A stretch of DNA of 64,000 nt from a virus (lineage: Duplodnaviria; Caudoviricetes): positions 1,786 to 65,785 of IMG/VR virus record IMGVR_UViG_3300021964_000051. One strand, written 5' to 3'. Numbering within the stretch: position 1 is the stretch's first letter; each line of letters begins with the position of its first letter. The position numbers and the translations under genes are program-made. Positions 29,672 to 39,401 of this stretch are shown piece after piece. The notes beneath the pieces are model-generated. The model saw only the letters and a list, made by a program, of their open reading frames with translations, did not search any database and was not told where the DNA came from.

Positions 29672-29902
29672 TCACCTAAGATTATTCATAGAACTTTTCG
29701 TTGCTTTGTCCATTTCTTCTGCTTTAATCTTTTCCGCTTCTGCATGAACTACTAATAAATCTTTGACTAAACTAACAGGCATTTGATATATTTCTAATGG
29801 GCTTATTCCAAGTGCTTGAGATAAAGAATAAACAACAGTAAGAGACACAATTTCAGGGTCAGAAGCCTTCCCCGTTAATGCGGCCCTTACTCGTCTTTTT
29901 TT
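29672..29902 (-). CDS. tail assembly chaperone extension (gpGT-like), reached by a -1 frameshift
   Basis: The -1 frame after the A7 run reads RRVRAALTGKASDPEIVSLTVVYSLSQALGISPLEIYQMPVSLVKDLL...NNLR* with no start codon at its beginning. Confidence 0.75.
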   Translation of the reverse strand, partial: KKRRVRAALTGKASDPEIVSLTVVYSLSQALGISPLEIYQMPVSLVKDLLVVHAEAEKIKAEEMDKATKSSMNNLR

Positions 29903-30255
29903 CCTTCATCATCCTCCAACGCCATAAATGGATTTGGTAGGACTTCTTTTAATTGATTCCCAATATAGGGAGTGAGTCGTAAAATGTCAATTGCGGAAAG
30001 ACTTGGTTCAGTCTTTACCACAAAGTTTTCAACCATGAATTTAAACATAGCATTCAAATCAATGTTCATGTCTTGACGCTTTGCATCAATCTTCATCATA
30101 CTGTTCATGGCTTTGTCCACCTCAAGCCATGTGGGTTCTTTGACCCACACTTTGAGGTATTCATCGCTTTCGGGTGCTACACGAATATAGTGTAGTTTTG
30201 GCTCGGTTAGTGCAAATAGCACACTTTTATCTGATACAATTTTTCTGTTCAACAT
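29887..30255 (-). CDS. tail assembly chaperone (gpG-like)
   Basis: Between tube and tape measure; ends GGA AAA AAA GAC GAG TAA (slippery site). Confidence 0.75.
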   Translation of the reverse strand: MLNRKIVSDKSVLFALTEPKLHYIRVAPESDEYLKVWVKEPTWLEVDKAMNSMMKIDAKRQDMNIDLNAMFKFMVENFVVKTEPSLSAIDILRLTPYIGNQLKEVLPNPFMALEDDEGKKDE

Positions 30256-30300
30256 ATTATCCACCTTTTATACCAACAAACAAACGGTGTTGGTGGAATA

Positions 30301-30405
30301 TTATTTAGTTAATTTAGATTTCTTTTTAACTTTCTTTTCTTTCTTCATAAGGTTGCGAGCAACCTTTTCTTTATTTTTATCGTATGCAGAAGGCAGATAA
30401 ATCAC
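30301..30405 (-). CDS. possible Lys-rich microprotein
   Basis: (VIYL)PSAYDKNKEKVARNLMKKEKKVKKKSKLTK*. The start is either GTG overlapping the tube stop or CTG at 30396 behind GGTGA. Confidence 0.35.
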   Translation of the reverse strand: MIYLPSAYDKNKEKVARNLMKKEKKVKKKSKLTK

Positions 30406-32417
30406 CCTTGTAGCATCCAATGAGTAGTAACTTCACAAAGAGAACAAGTTCTCGGCATAACTGTTGCTTCAACAACAATTGGGCCTTTATCATCAGCAAT
30501 TGGGAAATTGTTTGCGCTGAGATAATAGTTTTGGAAGTTTAGGTTAATCTTCTCTCCTGTTGATTTTGTAAAAGTTAATTCAATAGTATTGCTGGTATCT
30601 TCCACTTGATTTAACAATTCATTGTATAATCTATCATCAGTCACATGACCAGTAAATGAAATCTCATAGGTTCTTTGTGCGGGAATAGCCTCCTGAATAG
30701 ATTTGCTACCAACACCAAAAAATCTTCGGTCTTGAAGAGAATTGTTCATGGTTAGAGTCAAAGTGTTAATTTTTAAGAAAGAATGACCGAAGCATTTGAA
30801 AACACCATCTGAGAAAAAGAAAGGTTCACGCAGTTCATCAACGGAAGTAAAGTTAAAGAAAGAAGTTTCGTCAGTCACGCCTCTTCTAGCATCATAAGAT
30901 TCAGTCTTTTCTAAAGAATGAACAGCCCTTGTGTTTGCGCTAAGAGTCATTTTAACTTCTTCATTTTCATTAGCAGTTAAAGTGAGAGTATTAACTCGGC
31001 ATCCTCTAGCGATTTTAACAAAGTTAAGTTCTTCGTTATCGTTAGCAGTTTGAGTTCGGTATGTGTCCGAAGAAGGCAATTTGCTCATCACTTGTTCTAA
31101 AGCAAACGAAGGAAGAAGGTCTTGTTCTTGTTCGGCAAAAGTATATTTAATAGCATTCTGCAATTTACCGCTAGTTAATGAGAAAGCCCCTACTTTATCA
31201 AGATTTGCCCTATCATCAATTGAAATATTAACAGGAGGTGTCATTACATTTACACTATTTTCACGAACAGACCTTTGAAAAATTGGGCCTGTTTCTGAAA
31301 TTGAATTGTAGTCAATATATACTGCATTTGCGCTTTCAGCAGTAAAATCATTCGTTGGAGGAATCCCGCTTGGCGCACTTTCACTAAAAACATCACTTGT
31401 GCTAATATTTCCTATATCAACATTAGTGCATCGCCCTAAGAAATAATACAACCAAGCACCGTGATTCGCAACAAGACTCAAATCAGCCGCACCTGCGGTT
31501 TCAATACCCTTATATTGGTAAGTCCAATTTCTTGAACCTCCAAGAGATAAATTGGTTTGTTTCATTTCAACCTCAGTAGTAGGGAAAGTAATAGATTCTG
31601 TAATGCCTAACCAAGTATCAGCAAGAAGTCTTTTTCCAGTAGTAGTGGTTGCCGTTGTTCCTACTACTGAAGTAATAGTCAAATTAGAATTAATAGACTT
31701 AGCGGTTCCATCTAATTGACTCATTGTAGTTGCTACTGCGTTAGAACCACCATGAACACTAGTAATTGTGACTGTTGCGCCATTTCTTGTAGCAGTAGCA
31801 TTAGTTAAGCCATCTGCGGCAGTAGCCAAAATCGCAGCAAATTCTTCTCTTGTGTTGTTTGATACTCCATCAATAGCCACTTCCGCAGATGTTGAAATAC
31901 CTCCACTATATGTTTGACCACCAGATGAATCAATAAATAGGGCTGCTTGAGCCAAAGTCCCTCCACCTGATGTTTCAGCAGAAAGGAGATTCAAAACAAT
32001 TACATCATCATCATAATCAGTTTTATCATCACTAAGGAAAGTAATAGTCGTAATTAAATCGGTGTGGGTTGTTCCAGAAGAAACTTTTGGTGCAGGACAT
32101 GGCGCACCATAGGATTCAATAACGAAATAATCATCTGAAGCCAAAGTATCAACAGAAGGGCTGATAGTGATAGTAGTTTCTGTATTAGAAGTAATTCTGT
32201 GAATAGTTTGTAAATTATCACCAGTATTATATCTGCGAATAACACAACCAACATAAATATCATTCACAAGAGAAAAATTATCCGTGAAGTTAGCGTGTAA
32301 AGTAAAGGTTGATACATTACTTCCTGCACTTGCAGTTGTAATTTTACAGTATAAGTCCAATTCAGGGACTTTTGTGATACTTGCTCCGCTACCTAAAAAT
32401 ATATCGCTATTTACCAT
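30402..32417 (-). CDS. major tail tube protein with inserted domains
   Basis: SFALEQ, GCRVNTLTL, LTLTMNNSL and RTYEISFT tube-like strands; position before the chaperones. Confidence 0.75.
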   Translation of the reverse strand: MVNSDIFLGSGASITKVPELDLYCKITTASAGSNVSTFTLHANFTDNFSLVNDIYVGCVIRRYNTGDNLQTIHRITSNTETTITISPSVDTLASDDYFVIESYGAPCPAPKVSSGTTHTDLITTITFLSDDKTDYDDDVIVLNLLSAETSGGGTLAQAALFIDSSGGQTYSGGISTSAEVAIDGVSNNTREEFAAILATAADGLTNATATRNGATVTITSVHGGSNAVATTMSQLDGTAKSINSNLTITSVVGTTATTTTGKRLLADTWLGITESITFPTTEVEMKQTNLSLGGSRNWTYQYKGIETAGAADLSLVANHGAWLYYFLGRCTNVDIGNISTSDVFSESAPSGIPPTNDFTAESANAVYIDYNSISETGPIFQRSVRENSVNVMTPPVNISIDDRANLDKVGAFSLTSGKLQNAIKYTFAEQEQDLLPSFALEQVMSKLPSSDTYRTQTANDNEELNFVKIARGCRVNTLTLTANENEEVKMTLSANTRAVHSLEKTESYDARRGVTDETSFFNFTSVDELREPFFFSDGVFKCFGHSFLKINTLTLTMNNSLQDRRFFGVGSKSIQEAIPAQRTYEISFTGHVTDDRLYNELLNQVEDTSNTIELTFTKSTGEKINLNFQNYYLSANNFPIADDKGPIVVEATVMPRTCSLCEVTTHWMLQG

Positions 32418-32444
32418 GCTAACTCCCCCTTCCTAACAAACTTA

Positions 32445-32957
32445 CTAGGGAATACTTAATGCAAATCTTTTTGCTTCTAATGATACTTTATATCCAAATA
32501 AACGCTTTGCTCTATCATTTGATTCGCTTCTTGAGCCAACAAATAACTGATTGAATCTTGAGCCATCACTTGCAGTATAGCCCTTGCGCTTACCCTCAAG
32601 AACCCTACGCAGAATCAAGTATATAGCCCTTAGCCTGTCTTTTCCGTAGTCGGCATCAGCCCCACCTCGCTCATCATGCAGGACACGAATATGAAGAGTA
32701 AATGAATAAGTTTCATTTCTTACATCATAATGAATTGTTGGGTATGTAATTGATTGAGAATCCTCAAAAACAACGATTGTTGCAGGTGTCCTGCTCAAAT
32801 CAACACGAACACCTTTATTTGCAGATAATGTTCTAATGTCAATAAAATCAGGAGTAACTGCATGAGAAGCATCAATTGTTCCATCGCTAACAAGGGCAGT
32901 AGCGTTAGATGCCCAATTGTTTGATAATAAATCTAAGAGAAGAGAGACTTCATCCAA
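32445..32957 (-). CDS. putative tail terminator/neck protein
   Basis: 170 aa, alpha/beta, directly upstream of the tube gene. Confidence 0.5.
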   Translation of the reverse strand: MDEVSLLLDLLSNNWASNATALVSDGTIDASHAVTPDFIDIRTLSANKGVRVDLSRTPATIVVFEDSQSITYPTIHYDVRNETYSFTLHIRVLHDERGGADADYGKDRLRAIYLILRRVLEGKRKGYTASDGSRFNQLFVGSRSESNDRAKRLFGYKVSLEAKRFALSIP

Positions 32958-33148
32958 TTTTCCACCTCCGTATTAATTTGTTTTTCAATTAATTTCTGAT
33001 ATTCTTCTAAAGCAAACTTCATTACTTCATCATCACTAAAACCAATATCAATCCCTAATGATTCTGAAACGGCTTGCATGGTTAATTGTCTTTCTTTTTG
33101 AATCTCAAGTAATTGGTTAAACTTGGAAAGGTCAATTTCAATTGCCAT
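32933..33148 (-). CDS. hypothetical protein
   Basis: Short ORF in the neck region. Confidence 0.55.
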   Translation of the reverse strand: MAIEIDLSKFNQLLEIQKERQLTMQAVSESLGIDIGFSDDEVMKFALEEYQKLIEKQINTEVENWMKSLFS

Positions 33149-33153
33149 AAAAA

Positions 33154-34461
33154 TCAATCCAAGAAATAAACAAGGTCAGCCTTACCTTTAAGAATATCCA
33201 TAGCCTCTTTACGAAGAATATCATATTTTTCCTTTGTAGAAATATTTCCACCAGATTCAGTAATCAACACGCTTTGGTCATCATGTCGGATAATTTCTGA
33301 TGCGGCTAACTTCGTGGTGGCTTCGTGAATTGCAGAAGGAACTCTATTATTTCCAGCAATATAAGTCACAATAACAGAATTATTTCTATGATAAGGATAA
33401 TCCTTTAGAAAGAAAATACGGCCTTCTTCATTAATTGTCCAGTAATCTCCAAGACGGCGCATATCTTCTTTGTCAGTAAATGCAGTTAGTGTGCAAACTG
33501 TTGGTATTTGGTCTGTTGTAATAAATGTCGCTGTTCCCGACCCTGTATTTGTAGTGGCGGCAGACATAGTAACATTTGTTGAATCCACAATAGCAGTAAT
33601 TGTTGTTCCACTAGGAATGTGATTGTTATTATCTTCAACTTCCATACCTACAACTAATTTAGACGAATCAGCCACAATGAGGTTAGTATCTCCGTTTGTA
33701 TGTGTGATTGACTGTTTTATGGTGGCCTTTAGCACACAATCTGCCCCATCGTCTCCCGAAAGTAGGGATGAGAAGAGAATCTCCTTGCCGTTTGACTTGT
33801 TCTTTCCAGCATAGAAAAAGTCAGAAATTGATAATTGCGAAGAAGTGAGGCTCTTTGGTGCAGTTGCTCCTGTAAATTGAGACATAGTAGGAAAGGTTTC
33901 ATTTACTAAAGAAAGGATTTCTTCATTGGTTGTCTTGATACCAAAGGTATTACAAAATTCATCGTTTCCTAAATTATTCAATGTGTTTTCTGCAGCCATT
34001 TCAAAAGATACTCCACTATTCGGTAATTGAAGAATAATAGAATTTAAGTCTCTAAAATTATCTAGAAGAGTTAATTTTGCTTGAGCCGATGCAATTTCAA
34101 TATATTGACTTCCCTGCCAGAGTTGTAGAGAAACAATCTTTCTTACTTTCATTTTTGATAATTGCACAAAACCAACATGACCGCCATAATATGCCTTGTG
34201 TGGGAGATGAGAAAATTCAAAGTTATGATACTCGTCCTTCGTAATAATTGGACGGTATGAACGCTTTACCTTGTCGTCCACGATACCCTCCACCCGTTTG
34301 ATAATTGACCCGATTTGAGCCAATGTGGGGTAGGTAGATACCGAAAAAGCGGGAACCTGTAATAGATTAGCAACCTCGGTAGCATTAGTATAATAGCCTC
34401 TCCCTTCGCTATAATCTGGATTAATTTCCGTAAAGTCGCTAGGCGAGATTGTTTGACTCAT
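33154..34461 (-). CDS. head-tail adaptor protein with inserted beta domains
   Basis: N-terminal YYTNATEV and C-terminal VTYIAG..VPSAIHEAT adaptor motifs. Confidence 0.65.
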   Translation of the reverse strand: MSQTISPSDFTEINPDYSEGRGYYTNATEVANLLQVPAFSVSTYPTLAQIGSIIKRVEGIVDDKVKRSYRPIITKDEYHNFEFSHLPHKAYYGGHVGFVQLSKMKVRKIVSLQLWQGSQYIEIASAQAKLTLLDNFRDLNSIILQLPNSGVSFEMAAENTLNNLGNDEFCNTFGIKTTNEEILSLVNETFPTMSQFTGATAPKSLTSSQLSISDFFYAGKNKSNGKEILFSSLLSGDDGADCVLKATIKQSITHTNGDTNLIVADSSKLVVGMEVEDNNNHIPSGTTITAIVDSTNVTMSAATTNTGSGTATFITTDQIPTVCTLTAFTDKEDMRRLGDYWTINEEGRIFFLKDYPYHRNNSVIVTYIAGNNRVPSAIHEATTKLAASEIIRHDDQSVLITESGGNISTKEKYDILRKEAMDILKGKADLVYFLD

Positions 34462-34463
34462 TT

Positions 34464-36206
34464 TCAAACACCAACGATTTTCTTTAATCTTCTAATGTTT
34501 TTCTTAAGTTTGTTAGTATGGGTCGCCATTTTTCTATTTTGTTTCATTCTAGCACCACTTAAGTTAAATTCACCATGTTTAATTAATTCAATGGTTAATT
34601 CAACAATAGCACCAGCAAATGCGTCTTGAATATCATCAACATAAATATTGTCTGATTTATATTTAATACCACCAAAATCAGTTGATTCTCTTGTTGAAAG
34701 ACTTGGTTTAATTTTAGGATTTTCACGGTCGCCTTCTTTAATGTCATAAATTCTAATTTCTGATTTATAGTCTTTTTTATCTTTAGAAGAAAGTGCATTA
34801 TAGGCATTTTCAGAAATAAATACTTTATTAGAATAATTTTTCTTTTCATCATTTCCTAACTCAAAATATTCCGAAGCACTAATTTTATTTCCTGTTTTAA
34901 GATTAGTATATTCTTGTTCTTTTTCTGTTTTGTGACTATAAGCCCTCTTAGATTGATTCTTAATATCTTTAACTGATAATTCCTTACCCGATTCTGCATC
35001 AACTAATTTATCATCTTCTTCGCTTTGAACACCTAAAGCATATGTTTGATAAGACTGAAGTTTAGTAGCCTTAGTGTTAATTTTACCATATAACTTAACA
35101 CTATAAACATTTTCAGGATTTTCTAAATGAGGTTTAACAATTCTCATAATTAATGCTTTATTATCTTCAATAAATTGTTCGGGACTACCTGCACCTTTAG
35201 GGAAAGTAACTCTTGCTTGTTTTAAATCATCAACATCTGTAAATTTAACATAATAGTATTTATCATTCAACCTAATAATGCTTTCTTCTCTCATAGTATC
35301 TGTCCTATCTAAAGCAGATAAGGCATTTGCTACATTAAATGAGTTAATCTCATCTTCAGGATTAGAAGTAAAAGAAATTCTTTTACCTACCTCAGTAAAA
35401 ACCTCTTCTCCATCTTCTCCTTCACTAAGTTCTTGTTCAATAACATAATCATCTTTACCTTTACCTTTTAATTGAGAAATGACAGAATCAGGTATTTTAA
35501 AACTAAAATCAATATTTTCTGTTGCGATTTTATATTTGCCCGAAGAAGGACTAAATCTAGTTTCTTGACCAGTCTGTTCTAAAATATAATCAGCCTTAGC
35601 ATTTGCTAAACTGTCGGGGTCATAAACAGGAAATCTTGCTTCAATATGAGTGTCAAGACCGCTTTTATATTGCTTATGTCCATAAGTATAAACATCTGGT
35701 AATTTAGAGTGTTCTGTTAATATTAAATCGTATTCAACTTCAATTTCTTTTTCTTCATCTGCAAATGAGTCATCCCAATCGTCAAAATCAAATGGCGGTA
35801 AAGTGATTTTTCCTCCACGAATAAAAGAAACATCAGTTCCTTTTAATCTGCTTAGAACTTCAGAGTCTAAAAGGTCAGAAAGTTTTTTTCCTTCAATAAA
35901 TTTCAAATTTATTTCATTATCTGTTTTTCTGTCTCTTAGTTTAGAAAACATCTTCCAAGCATCTGAGTCTTTTTGTAATTCAGGAACAAGAGGTTCATTA
36001 AGAACTTTTTCAAGAACAGAGTTCATTTCTTCTTTAAACTTATTTAGATTCACTTCACTATCTTCCACGCTTTCTTTTGCGATTCTTACCTTTGTTCGGA
36101 AATTTTTATCTCCGCTACTAATATAATCACGCATCTGTGTTATAAGAAAATTTTCTGACTTAGGAAGAGAAAGAGTTTGATTTCCCCATCTAAAACTAAC
36201 AGACAT
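34464..36206 (-). CDS. hypothetical protein (charged, 580 aa)
   Basis: Long ORF coupled to both neighbours; no recognisable motif. Confidence 0.7.
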   Translation of the reverse strand: MSVSFRWGNQTLSLPKSENFLITQMRDYISSGDKNFRTKVRIAKESVEDSEVNLNKFKEEMNSVLEKVLNEPLVPELQKDSDAWKMFSKLRDRKTDNEINLKFIEGKKLSDLLDSEVLSRLKGTDVSFIRGGKITLPPFDFDDWDDSFADEEKEIEVEYDLILTEHSKLPDVYTYGHKQYKSGLDTHIEARFPVYDPDSLANAKADYILEQTGQETRFSPSSGKYKIATENIDFSFKIPDSVISQLKGKGKDDYVIEQELSEGEDGEEVFTEVGKRISFTSNPEDEINSFNVANALSALDRTDTMREESIIRLNDKYYYVKFTDVDDLKQARVTFPKGAGSPEQFIEDNKALIMRIVKPHLENPENVYSVKLYGKINTKATKLQSYQTYALGVQSEEDDKLVDAESGKELSVKDIKNQSKRAYSHKTEKEQEYTNLKTGNKISASEYFELGNDEKKNYSNKVFISENAYNALSSKDKKDYKSEIRIYDIKEGDRENPKIKPSLSTRESTDFGGIKYKSDNIYVDDIQDAFAGAIVELTIELIKHGEFNLSGARMKQNRKMATHTNKLKKNIRRLKKIVGV

Positions 36207-36216
36207 TAATTACACC

Positions 36217-36867
36217 TCACATGAGCCACTTAGCCCAAGCCGCCCCTTTTTGAATAGCCGAACCCAAATGTAATCCGCTTGAAGGTGGCTCATAACTCAT
36301 TTGACCTTGAGCATCAATCCAATATGGGCGACCATATCCGTCTGTTCCCGAAGGAGGAATAGGATAACCTGAACCATTATTCATAGCACCTTGCATTTGA
36401 TTGTATTGCTGAGTATTTCCAGTAGCATTGGCTAAAGCCATACCTGCTGATGGTTGTTGCATACCTCCACCATTAAAGCCTTGCGATTCAAGATATTGTT
36501 GTTTAGCCATTTTTCTTTGCATAACAACTTCACTATTGATAGCAGACTGTAATAATTTTTGAATATCTAAGTCAATATTTTCTTGAGTAATTCTCTCGTA
36601 TTCACGAAGAGCATCCCTGTTGATAGTCATGCTTGTTCCGTTAGTCTCAAAACTTAACTTAGCCAACATTTGAGAAACTACTCTTTCTACTACATCTTCC
36701 ATCATTTTTTCAAAAGCAGTTAAAAACATTTCACCATGATATTGGAAAAATTCTTCAACATGATTTTCTTGTAATGAAAGAAGATTATTAACTGTTTTAA
36801 AGTTATTATCATTTTGTGCCTGAACTGCACCTAAAACTGTGTTATTGCTGGTTCCTAGTAGTCCCAT
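36217..36867 (-). CDS. helical protein with a Gly/Gln/Pro-rich linker and an amphipathic C-terminus
   Basis: 216 aa; starts MGLLG and ends GSAIQKGAAWAKWLM; part of the GTPase cluster. Confidence 0.7.
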   Translation of the reverse strand: MGLLGTSNNTVLGAVQAQNDNNFKTVNNLLSLQENHVEEFFQYHGEMFLTAFEKMMEDVVERVVSQMLAKLSFETNGTSMTINRDALREYERITQENIDLDIQKLLQSAINSEVVMQRKMAKQQYLESQGFNGGGMQQPSAGMALANATGNTQQYNQMQGAMNNGSGYPIPPSGTDGYGRPYWIDAQGQMSYEPPSSGLHLGSAIQKGAAWAKWLM

Positions 36868-36869
36868 AT

Positions 36870-37529
36870 TTATTCCTCCTTACTTTTTTCTTCTTCGTTT
36901 TGGGCCTGAACATTGTTCTTAAGCATCAAATGATTTAATCTTTCGGTCATAAGGCTGATTTCAGTAATCAAACGAATTACTTCTTCGGTGGCCGTCTTTG
37001 TATCTGCTAGTGCGGGTGGGGTTATAAACCATCCTGCCGCAGTAAGGGTCATAACATCTTCTTTAGTTAAAGTCTTAATTGGGCCACTTTTAAGCACTTT
37101 AGGCATTCGTGGCTTAAAAGCACTAAACTCAAGACCGTGTTTATCAGCCAGTATTTGTTGTTGAAGCATTTCCATTTGCATATAGATTGAAGCGTGTTTA
37201 GGACAATAAGTTCCCATTAATGGCCTTCCTTTAGTAACTCCATCTAAAGGCATAGGAGGACGCATATAATCTCCTTGTTCCCAAATGTGATGAAAACCAC
37301 AGACAACGCAACGGTCTTTAAGATTAAACTTTTTTCCATATTTGATGCCTAAAAACTTCTTAGGTTCTGCCTTTAAAACCAATTTAAGTTCCTTTAATTG
37401 TGCCTTTGGTTTAAATGAAATAAACTTGTATTCTTGCACAACACCGCTTGCTCTCGCCTGTTGTAGCGGAGATAGCGCAGGGTTAAATTGTGCTGGTGCG
37501 TTTTGTCCTATAATTTGTTGTTGATACAT
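36870..37529 (-). CDS. putative zinc-binding and coiled-coil protein
   Basis: CVVCGFHH...YCPKH; C-terminal heptads; adjacent to the GTPase. Confidence 0.7.
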   Translation of the reverse strand: MYQQQIIGQNAPAQFNPALSPLQQARASGVVQEYKFISFKPKAQLKELKLVLKAEPKKFLGIKYGKKFNLKDRCVVCGFHHIWEQGDYMRPPMPLDGVTKGRPLMGTYCPKHASIYMQMEMLQQQILADKHGLEFSAFKPRMPKVLKSGPIKTLTKEDVMTLTAAGWFITPPALADTKTATEEVIRLITEISLMTERLNHLMLKNNVQAQNEEEKSKEE

Positions 37530-37555
37530 CTTTTATTCCTCTCTTCCACACAATA

Positions 37556-38224
37556 TCAATAATCCTTTATCATTGTAGTAATTCCTCTATAAACCATTTC
37601 AGGGTCAGACTTTGCGGAAACAATATACTTGAAACAAGGTATTCCTTTATCATTTAACTTTCTCATTCCGTATTTAAATGGTTCAAAAATTTGGTGTTTA
37701 TCAATAGATTGTCCTTCTTCTAATGGATATTTTTTTGCCCATATATCATATTTATTTGCCCAAATACCTACCGCCATTGGATAATCCGAGTCTCTTTTCT
37801 TTTTTCCGTTTGACCATGTGCTTGAAATAATTGAATCTACTAAAAATTTCCATGCTAATTGGTGGTCTAAGTTTGCTTCACTATCTAAATGCCTGTGGTC
37901 AATCATAAAAATAACATATTTAACTCGTCTATTTTGCATATCTTTTTCCCATTCTTTCCAGTAAATTGCTTCTCCACCAATATCTGCGCTTCTTACTGTA
38001 TGTGAGTCTCCATCAATTTTGACATTCTTTCTCGTTGCTCTATGTCTCCCAACGGTTCTTTGTTGTATTTGTGGAACTTCTCCTCTCGTTCTTAATTGAT
38101 GACTAAGTGTTGTTTTACCGACCATTGTTGCCCCATAAACTCCAAAGTTAATAGCGTGAACCTTTTTGTAAAAACCTAATAGTGCTTCTCCCACTAAAAT
38201 AGCAAAGCCTGTCATTAGGGACAT
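37556..38224 (-). CDS. Arf-like small GTPase
   Basis: G1 GATMVGKT, G2 RTVG, G3 DIGG, VIFMID, G4 ANKYD, G5 SAK, and an N-terminal hydrophobic/amphipathic helix. Confidence 0.88.
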   Translation of the reverse strand: MSLMTGFAILVGEALLGFYKKVHAINFGVYGATMVGKTTLSHQLRTRGEVPQIQQRTVGRHRATRKNVKIDGDSHTVRSADIGGEAIYWKEWEKDMQNRRVKYVIFMIDHRHLDSEANLDHQLAWKFLVDSIISSTWSNGKKKRDSDYPMAVGIWANKYDIWAKKYPLEEGQSIDKHQIFEPFKYGMRKLNDKGIPCFKYIVSAKSDPEMVYRGITTMIKDY

Positions 38225-38225
38225 T

Positions 38226-38519
38226 TTATTCACCTATAAATACATCTAATCCAATAAATTCTCCTTCTATTTTCTTTTCGTAGTTCCAAAAAAGTTCTCC
38301 GTTAAATTCATCTTCATCGGCATATCTCATTTTCCAACCTAAATTGTTCAGTTTTCTATTTAATTCATCCCAATTCACATCTAATGGAAACAGTAAATCA
38401 ATATCTTTTGGATTATCCTTTTTTCCGACAGAACCAACAATTTTTGGTTTAAATTCCTTTAAATCATCAAGCAAAGAATTAGCAATAGAAACATAGTTTT
38501 TGAGTATGCTAAACCACAT
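38226..38519 (-). CDS. minimal (Pol beta-like) nucleotidyltransferase with a WxxILK leader
   Basis: IVGSV...KDIDLL...LDVF; starts MWFSILK. Confidence 0.75.
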   Translation of the reverse strand: MWFSILKNYVSIANSLLDDLKEFKPKIVGSVGKKDNPKDIDLLFPLDVNWDELNRKLNNLGWKMRYADEDEFNGELFWNYEKKIEGEFIGLDVFIGE

Positions 38520-39184
38520 ATCAATGCCCCCACCTAAAAATATTTATTTAACATCATTTCTAAATGTTTTATAGCATCTTCCATCTCATATTCTGTAATT
38601 CCTGCACTTCTTCTAAGATTTTCTTCATCTTTACTCGTTAAAGAATTATTTTTCATTCTTTGTAATAATTGTTTTCCTAATTCTGCTACTTTTGAATCTG
38701 GTAAATATTTATATTTGGGGGTATCAGGCATTCTTCTATCTATTTTGGAAGGGAATTCTTTCCCTCTTGGGGTAATGTTTCTTCTAGTGTCAATAAACAT
38801 CCAATAAATCTTATCTTCCGTATCTTTATAATTAGCGTAGCCTTCATCCATTCGCATTGAAAAATCTTGGTCTGTTTTAAGAGCCTGTTTAATTGTGGGT
38901 TTTGCTTCATTTTTATATGAGGATTTTTGTTCAGGAACGACCTGTGAACCGAAGAAAGCATAACATAAGGCTTCATCTAATCTAGGAGTCCAATGTAAAG
39001 TGCTATCTTCATACCTTCTATTTTCTGGTAAATTTGAAGTTTTTCCTTGTGCGCCTTGAAATAATTTATTAAATTTAAATCTCATGTCATACGGTTCGCT
39101 GTCAGTTTCTCCGGGATTTACAATTTCTCCATGTATAACATATGGCTTTTTTAAAATATCCCACCACATATTAATGCCCCCACC
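38513..39184. repeat. 22-nt direct repeat pair at 38513-38534 and 39163-39184 (1 mismatch)
   Basis: accacatat(c/t)aatgcccccacc at both ends of the 38534..39169 gene. Confidence 0.85.
38534..39169 (-). CDS. WxxILK-leader protein, possible ADP-ribosyltransferase-like fold (paralog of 63123..63608)
   Basis: MWWDILK; LFQG...HWTP..DEA..YA..GS...KPTIKQA. Confidence 0.6.
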   Translation of the reverse strand: MWWDILKKPYVIHGEIVNPGETDSEPYDMRFKFNKLFQGAQGKTSNLPENRRYEDSTLHWTPRLDEALCYAFFGSQVVPEQKSSYKNEAKPTIKQALKTDQDFSMRMDEGYANYKDTEDKIYWMFIDTRRNITPRGKEFPSKIDRRMPDTPKYKYLPDSKVAELGKQLLQRMKNNSLTSKDEENLRRSAGITEYEMEDAIKHLEMMLNKYF

Positions 39185-39389
39185 CGTTTAACAAAGTGTC
39201 AAACAAGAAACCCATGATGTTGATGTCAAAAACACCAAGGATGTTTCCAATAAGGAAACCCGAAAGACAAGCGCAACTGCCCCAAAACCATGCTCGCATT
39301 TTCAAAAAGAAAATATCAGCAGAATGCGCTCTTTGTTGATTATAAGCATAATCCGAATCGGAAAAGCCCATCAAATCTCCAAAGACCAC
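39171..39389 (-). CDS. small membrane protein
   Basis: 72 aa with the hydrophobic C-terminal half AWFWGSCACLSGFLIGNILGVF. Confidence 0.75.
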   Translation of the reverse strand: MVFGDLMGFSDSDYAYNQQRAHSADIFFLKMRAWFWGSCACLSGFLIGNILGVFDINIMGFLFDTLLNGWGH

Positions 39390-39401
39390 TCAACCACCGC
39401 C

